A DNA stretch of 64,000 nt from Podarcis erhardii (taxonomy: Eukaryota), in NCBI GenBank assembly GCA_964252035.1, contig OZ176208.1; one strand, 5' to 3'. This document shows, in pieces, positions 56,811 through 64,000 of this stretch. The notes beneath the pieces were generated by a model. The model made no database searches and was not told the origin of the DNA. It worked only from the letters and a program-made list of their open reading frames with translations. The position numbers and the translations under genes were made by a program. The stretch's first letter is position 1. Each line of letters starts with the position of its first letter.

Positions 56811-59800
56811 CTGTATTAAGGAAAGATAACAAGAACACCACAACATACCATCTGATGCAGGAGACTGAAAAATCATGGCAACCTGAAACCCGAAGGACGA
56901 GAGGGGACAAAGTTTGCTACAAAATCTGCATAAAACAAATGGTATCTGCCTAATGTTACATTATCAAAATGACATCTACGAAATTTTAAATCTAGTAAGA
57001 TATAAAATTACTAGATTTAAAAAATGTAAAAAGAGAAAGACAGAGATGGAGAAAGTAAGTACAATTTGTCTATTTTTTTCACCCAGAGCAAAACTTACTT
57101 AACCGTTGCTGTCTGGTAGGAGGGGTTAGAATTTAATGTATAGAAGTAAGAAAACTGCTGGTCTACTCCATTCTAATATCTCAACATAACCATGGTGAGC
57201 AAATGTGTACCAAGAAAGCCCAAGACACATACGGTAGTATGCATACAGATTCCCTGTAGATAGGTCAGGGCCTGCCCTTTCATCTTCTCCCCACCATCAT
57301 TTGCTCATGACAGTTATTTCATGAGAATATGACCAATGAAAGGAGAGACAAGGAAATAAATATGTCTGACAAAGAATATATTTTTGCACATAAAACATAT
57401 GTCACTGTTGTCTGGGGAAAGTAAACAAACATTTTATCTATCTATCTGATTTATACTCATCTTTTTGAAGAAATATTCCACAAAGTGGCTTACAATATTT
57501 AAAAATAGAATGCATCTTGCTTTATCAGCTAAATGGGACTTCACTGGAAAATTTCAGGTTTTACAGGTCCCACCATGAAGCGATATCACTAATATTCACC
57601 TTCACGATGGCATAAAACTATTATTTAAGCACCACATTAAAATTATGAGAGAGATTCTACTGTCCTCAAATGAAATCTGAGTTTAGACATGAAGAATCCA
57701 ATAAATTAACATTATTTTAGTTTCAACTTAACATAGACGTTTAAGTCTTTGCTTGTGCTAATCAACTTTATGGTTGGTATCTAATCAACCTGCACTTTGA
57801 TTCTTCAAGATATTTACTGTTAACATTTAGGTAAGATTCACATTTGAAAGGAACAGTTTCAACAAGCATAGTTATATTCTTTTCTGACTTTTTCCTAAAA
57901 GGAAACATGCTTTCAAAACAACAGCACATGCTGGTTTATGTTAACTTTTGCTTTCTCCAAAAGGCAAATTCTTCTAATTGTTGTTGTGGTTGTTTTACAT
58001 TAAAGTGAACAGTGCACAACTATATCCCTATGTCTGAAAATTCTTGGAAAGTAAATTGAAGTGCAAACTTGAATATGTAGAATAGTCTCTGGCCATGTGC
58101 TGAATTGGTCATCAGAACATTGAAAAAGTCAACCGTTACTGGCCAACTGAGTAAAATAAAGCCATGGAATTAGATGTAAGACTGTGGGCTGACGTAACAT
58201 TCAACAACTTCCTTGAATGACATATTAAATTTAACAGAGTTGGGAATAAAGAAGTCAAGCTCCCTTGGCTGCTTTGGAGGCATGTCTGTCTCCTTATGAT
58301 TTACATCATACAAATACATTTGATTCCACAAGTTTTCATGTGTGGCACACCCATTTCCCATCTACTTTGTGGGATTTCTTTAAGACAGATAGCAAAATTT
58401 CTTGTTGGTTGTTGGTGTGTCCCTGCTTTTGAGGGCAGTATAGGAGAAACAAATGGAAAAGTTCAAAAGCAAGAAAAATAATGCAAGTAAGGGGGAAAGA
58501 AAAGATTAGCAGGACTGTTCAAAGAAGCTTGGTTCATCCGGTCCAAAAATTATACCAGAAATAGATTTCAGAAGCTGCATTTATTGGCCTAACATATATA
58601 AAAATAAATTCCACCCCTGTAGACGGACTCCCACCACATGCAGTTGTATTGCTATAGTGTTGGAAAGAACTGGACAGGATCCCTTGCCACACAAGCTATG
58701 GCCTTTTACAGCAGCAGCGCACTATCAGAGAAATGTGGGGCAGCATCACCATGGACACTCTGACATCTCTATGGACAGACAACTGTAGCAGCAGTCAGCT
58801 TTTCCCTAGCTCCCAAGTCCACTACTGTAGAAAGCAGACAAGGGCCCTTAACTCAGCATTGAGCACATTAGGCATTTCTTGAACCAAAGTAAAAAAATGT
58901 AGCAGCAACATGCATTTTCATTTGTACCGAGGAAACGCACTGTCTAGTCAGACTTGGGAGAAGGAAACAGACGATTGTCTTAACCAGATTTCAGAATTGT
59001 CTGATTCTTTCAACCAGCAGCATGGTGCATGGGTATATGCGCATGCAAGAAAGCATGGGATATGCTAGGAGAATGTGAAAAGAAATGAGGGAAAGCTTTG
59101 TTTTTCCAGCCACACTATTACTTTTGCTATATCAGGAGTGTCAAGAGTCACAAGGTGCAACAAGCAAACATGGCACTGACCACATGCTTTGATGAACTCT
59201 GCAGAACAGGAATACAATTATCTGTCTCCCCTCCCCGTTCAACACATCACAACCTGATCTTGGGCCTCAGCACCAGTCCTGCTACTCACCTTTCTAGAGT
59301 CCATCTCAGTTTTCTTTCTGGCTCCCTATTCTACCCACCCTGAACAGTCAATAGCAGGCAGCACATTTGATAATGATTGCAAAGAGCGGATTGCAAAAGG
59401 ATGAAGTAGAACCTCAGCGCAGAAAGTGGAATAGAAACCTTCTCCAGAAGCTGGAGACTTTAACCAGTATTTTCTCCTAAATGGATAGCTTTTCCAGGTT
59501 CGATTTTTAAAAGCATGTGCAAGGAAAAGGTTAGCAAGGTGCCAGTGTCAAAGCACATCCCCCCCCCTCTGAGAATTGTAAATTCTTTTCTACTGGACTT
59601 CTGCAATAGGACTTCTGTTACATTTTATAAAGTTGACCCATTCTGGGCTTAGAGCATCTGCAAGAGATAGTGGCAAAACCTGTTTAGACAGATACCACAG
59701 GGAGAGAACGTGTGTATTGTGAGCAATCATGTTTCTATATTTTATAACCTTCAAGCTTTGGGGAAAAGGTACCATCTGTACATAGCCACAGGATTATTTT

Positions 59801-61119
59801 GATTATTTAAAGAAAAAACAAATGACCGATAACTAATGGGCATGGGTAAAGGGACTGGGAGGACAAGACAAAATACCCCACCTGTCTACACCAGGCCTCA
59901 ATTTCTAAAGCTGTGCCCTGAACATAGGTCCTAAAGAACATGCAATTCAGCTACAGCAGCATTAGCAAGGATTGTGATGCAGAGGATGTACAGAACTCAA
60001 AGCTTTAAAACAAGGAACTGAAGGGAGTGAACAGGAGCATGGAAGCTTTAAAGAGCTGAGTTAATGGATCCATTTACAGGCAAACTTACTATATAGTGAA
60101 CTGGTCTGACCCCTCCCCTTCCACAAAGCAGTTTGCAGTGCACGATATCTGAAGGCATGCCTCGAGATATCAAAAGCAATTGAAAAGCTGAGGAACAGGA
60201 ACATCCAACAACAACAGAAAAATAACACTGCCAAATATTGTTTGTGGGATCTCCTAGCACAGGCTCAGGGTAGAGCTCTCCATAATAAGTGAGAAGCCAA
60301 GCTGAGTGATCATCAAGCAAGTGCCGGTTCTACATACCTCGTCAAACTCCATTCAAAATGGTAACATCCTTTAAAATGGAAATGCTGACGCAACAAACAT
60401 CTTGGCGACCTTTTTCTTCTGTAATGAACTTATGGTTTGGGGAACATACACAGACAGCTCTGTCTAACCAATATTTATTCTATTGTGTCCTTTGGAGAAA
60501 ATGACTTGAGAAACTTTGTTACTAGAAAAATGTCAGGAATGTGTTGTTTTTTTAAGAATCTTATTATTGTATTTTGTAAAACCAACCATACTAGAACGCT
60601 CAAGTTTAATTCTACATTTCTAGGTGTTAGAAACAGAGTTTTAAGAATCAAATTAAGCTGCCCTATTTAAATCCTCATGCAATGTTTCCATACGTTAGAT
60701 CAGCCAAAAGCCAAGCATACATTGAACTTGTTGCTTTAATTCACGGATGGGGAAGCTCAGGGCCAGGACACTCTCAGGAGCGGCAAACCCTTCACTGGCC
60801 CTGTTTTGCATCCTCCTTGAATGTTTGTGCCTTGCTAGAAGGTATCCTTGAACTCTAATAATGAATCCTGCTTGTCTGGATGGAGTCCAGAGAGGGAAGT
60901 GTGTGTAAACAAGCCTATTGTATAAAGGTAAAAATAGTATTTATTACTCTACCCACTTTGGCTTCTATCCCCACCCACATAGTCATGTGGCCTAGAAGAG
61001 ATTACAGCCTCTAGGCAGGCAATGGTTCGCCATACCTGCTTGAAAATGTATACTTTTCTTTCATATGTTCTAATACTAAACTGTAGTTTAGTATTAACTA
61101 CGGTTTAATGTACGTAAAA

Positions 61120-61468
61120 GGGACGTGGGTGGCGCTGTGGGTTAAACCAGAGCCTAGGACTTGCCGATCAGAAGCTTGGCGGTTCAAATCCCCACGACGG
61201 GGTGAGCTCCCGTTGCTCGGTCCCTGCTCCTGCCAACCTAGCAGTTCGAAAGTACGTCAAAGTGCAAGTAGATAAATAGGTACCGCTCTGGCGGGAAGGT
61301 AAACGGTGTTTCCGTGCGCTGCTCTGGTTCGCCAGAAGCGGCTTAGTCATGCTGGCCACATGACCCGGAAGCTGTATGCCGGCTCCCTTGGCCAATAAAG
61401 TGAGATGAGCGCCACAACCCCAGAGTTGGCCACGACTGGACCTAATGGTTAGGGGTCCCTTTACCTTT
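61120..61468 (+). mobile_element. Sauria SINE, full length
   Basis: TSD TTTAATGTAC at 61104-61113 and 61466-61475. Confidence 0.92.
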
Positions 61469-62342
61469 AATGTACTTAAGCACCCTGCTTCTCTCCTATT
61501 CCTGACACTGCAGCGGGAGGGGAGAAAACAAGCCCGGATCTGGATTGTCTTAACGTGAACCTGGGCTTGTGATTTGTTTTGTCCACATAAACCATAAACA
61601 GTAAGCCAAGAACAAACCTTAGCTTCCTTTTGCGGTTTTGTTTACAGAAGAAAAACAACATGAGTCCAGCTTTGCATGTCACAACAAGCCAAAATGTCTT
61701 GTTTCAAGCTCGTTTCCTTCCATGCATGGCACTGTCAAATGCAGGAGAGAAGCAAGTGCTTCTGTGCATTAAACCAAAATTTATTTTTAAAGGGGCTTCA
61801 TGTTGAGTGTGGAGCAGGCTAACGACTGAATGCAAGGGGCAGGTCCTTTTCAGATCTGACATCAATCCTGTAGTATTCGTTCCATAGGTAAGCCCGGCTA
61901 GGTCTCATTCTGTCATCTAGTTTGAAAATAGCATTTTAGGGAAGTATTTATGTGTGTTTTTCTTTGCTAAAGCATTCCAACCCAAACTTTCTATTTATCT
62001 GTCATTCTGTTGCTTGGTTTTGTCTTTTATCACATAAACCATGCTTATTTTGCTGTTTTATGTGTAGTAAATATTTTATATTTGCATTGGTTTTGTGTCA
62101 CTCTTCTTCTAGATATTCTGCCTTTCTGATAAACTGCTCAGCACTAGAGAAATTTGAAAACTAAGCAGCCACAGAATGACAATAATCTATATCTACCCGA
62201 AACTCAATTAGCTCAATTACTTTCTAAGCTTATTGATTTCTAGTCGCCCTAATGAAAAGAATGGTCAAGATGCTTATTCTACATGTTCTTGCATGACTCT
62301 CAGCAGATTCAGCAGAAACGCCACACCATTTAGTTGGTTTTA

Positions 62343-62795
<453 letters not shown>

Positions 62796-62850
62796 TCAAG
62801 TTCTATTTGCTTGTCTGATCCCATCTGATTCTGGTCACTCCAAGTTAGTA

Positions 62851-63068
62851 CAGTGGTACCTCGGGTTACATCTGCTTCAGGTTACACACTCCGCTAACCC
62901 AGAAATTGTGCTTCAAGTTAAGAACTTTGCTTCAGGATGAGAACAGAAATTGTGTTCCAGTGGCAGCGGGAGGCCCCATTAGCTAAAGTGGTGCTTCAGG
63001 TTAAGAATAGTTTCAGGTTAAGAACGGACCTCCAGAACGAATTAAGTTCTTAACCCGAGGTACCACTG
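62851..63068. mobile_element. MITE family B copy, 83 nt upstream of a SLAIN2 acceptor
   Basis: TIRs and TA TSD. Confidence 0.9.
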
Positions 63069-64000
63069 TATAAACAAAGAGCTTCTCTTCCTCAAAGGAA
63101 GGTGGGCATTTAACTTGGAAATTATTTATTTTAAAATTTTATTTCCTGCTTTTCTTCATAAAATAAACCAAAAGCTGTTTACCAAAAAAAAAAAAAAATC
63201 CACAAGGACTGTTCAAACCACAAAACAGAACTGTTCAAATAACATCAGTTTTCATTACTGACACCAAGAGTAATGTAAAACAATTCAGCATAAAACCAGG
63301 AGTAAGTAGTTTAACCCAAATTCAAAACTCAGTAAAATAAAAAGGCCTCCTTAGCTCACATGATTTAAAAGAGAGGGACAACTGAAACTGGATTTTGTCC
63401 AATTATGAACTGGAAACCAGTGCAGTTGAAACAAAACTGGGGTGATATGATAAGATAAATCAGATTCAGAAATTAATCTGGCCACCATATTTTGCACGAC
63501 CTAATATTTCCAAAGTATTTGCAGAAGAAGCCCTATGTAATATGTGTTACAACAGTCCAGGGCATGCATGTCAGTGGCTGGAAGACAGGTGGATCAGTCA
63601 AGAATAATTCAGACTGCTGAAGAGAGGAGTAAGAAATTGGATCTGGCCATTGGGCCAATCCTGCATTCTTCCACCCTTGGTAGGCCATTTTAACACTGTT
63701 ACTATACCACCGGTTGACCCATCTTTCCTTTGTAGCGTGACAAGCTGTGCTAGAAAGAAAAATTAAAACCAAGATGTTTCCGACAATTAGCTCTGACTTC
63801 AAGCTCTGCTGTGATTGGCTGGCTGTGGACTCTAAAGATCTCAGCAAAAAAGTGGAACTTGAAGTCTGTGCATATGTGTGGAAAAGTGCTGACTTCAAGC
63901 TCTGCTTTCTGCTGGGATCAGGTGTGCTACAGAGTTCTCAGGGAATACAGCAAATCTCAGTGTGTGTTGAAATCAGCACCTATCAGCTTATTAGCAAAGG

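Noticed and set aside
63794-63907. 18-bp direct repeat CTGACTTCAAGCTCTGCT near the window end
   Set aside because: Short, probably part of a degraded repeat; context is truncated by the window edge.

Overview
Vertebrate genomic DNA, almost certainly from a squamate reptile, given the Sauria-type SINEs, BovB LINE fragments and squamate-type MITEs. The window carries the conserved amniote gene block FRYL(+) >< ZAR1(-) < SLC10A4(-) < SLAIN2(-). Reconstructed by hand from GT-AG junctions and recalled protein homology: the last five coding exons of FRYL (including an 18-nt microexon), complete 4-exon ZAR1 (368 aa), complete 3-exon SLC10A4 (391 aa), and the last five coding exons of SLAIN2 (including a 78-nt cassette exon). 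Introns and intergenic DNA are rich in Tc1/mariner-pogo-type and hAT MITEs, Sauria SINEs and BovB/L2/CR1 fragments. The most unusual structures are: (1) a 1.34-kb apparently perfect palindrome in SLC10A4 intron 2, made of two head-to-head copies of a Penelope-like retroelement 3' end (GIY-YIG endonuclease ORF plus a minimal type I hammerhead ribozyme), so either strand's transcript carries a ribozyme and a ~664-bp hairpin; (2) a ~160-bp insertion of the same family reduced to little more than the hammerhead, folded back around a copy of its own target site; (3) a 1.13-kb TSD-flanked, apparently non-coding, L1-type insertion in a SLAIN2 intron. Gene identities and family names come from recalled knowledge; no database searches were run. 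Most short ORFs in the supplied track are spurious.
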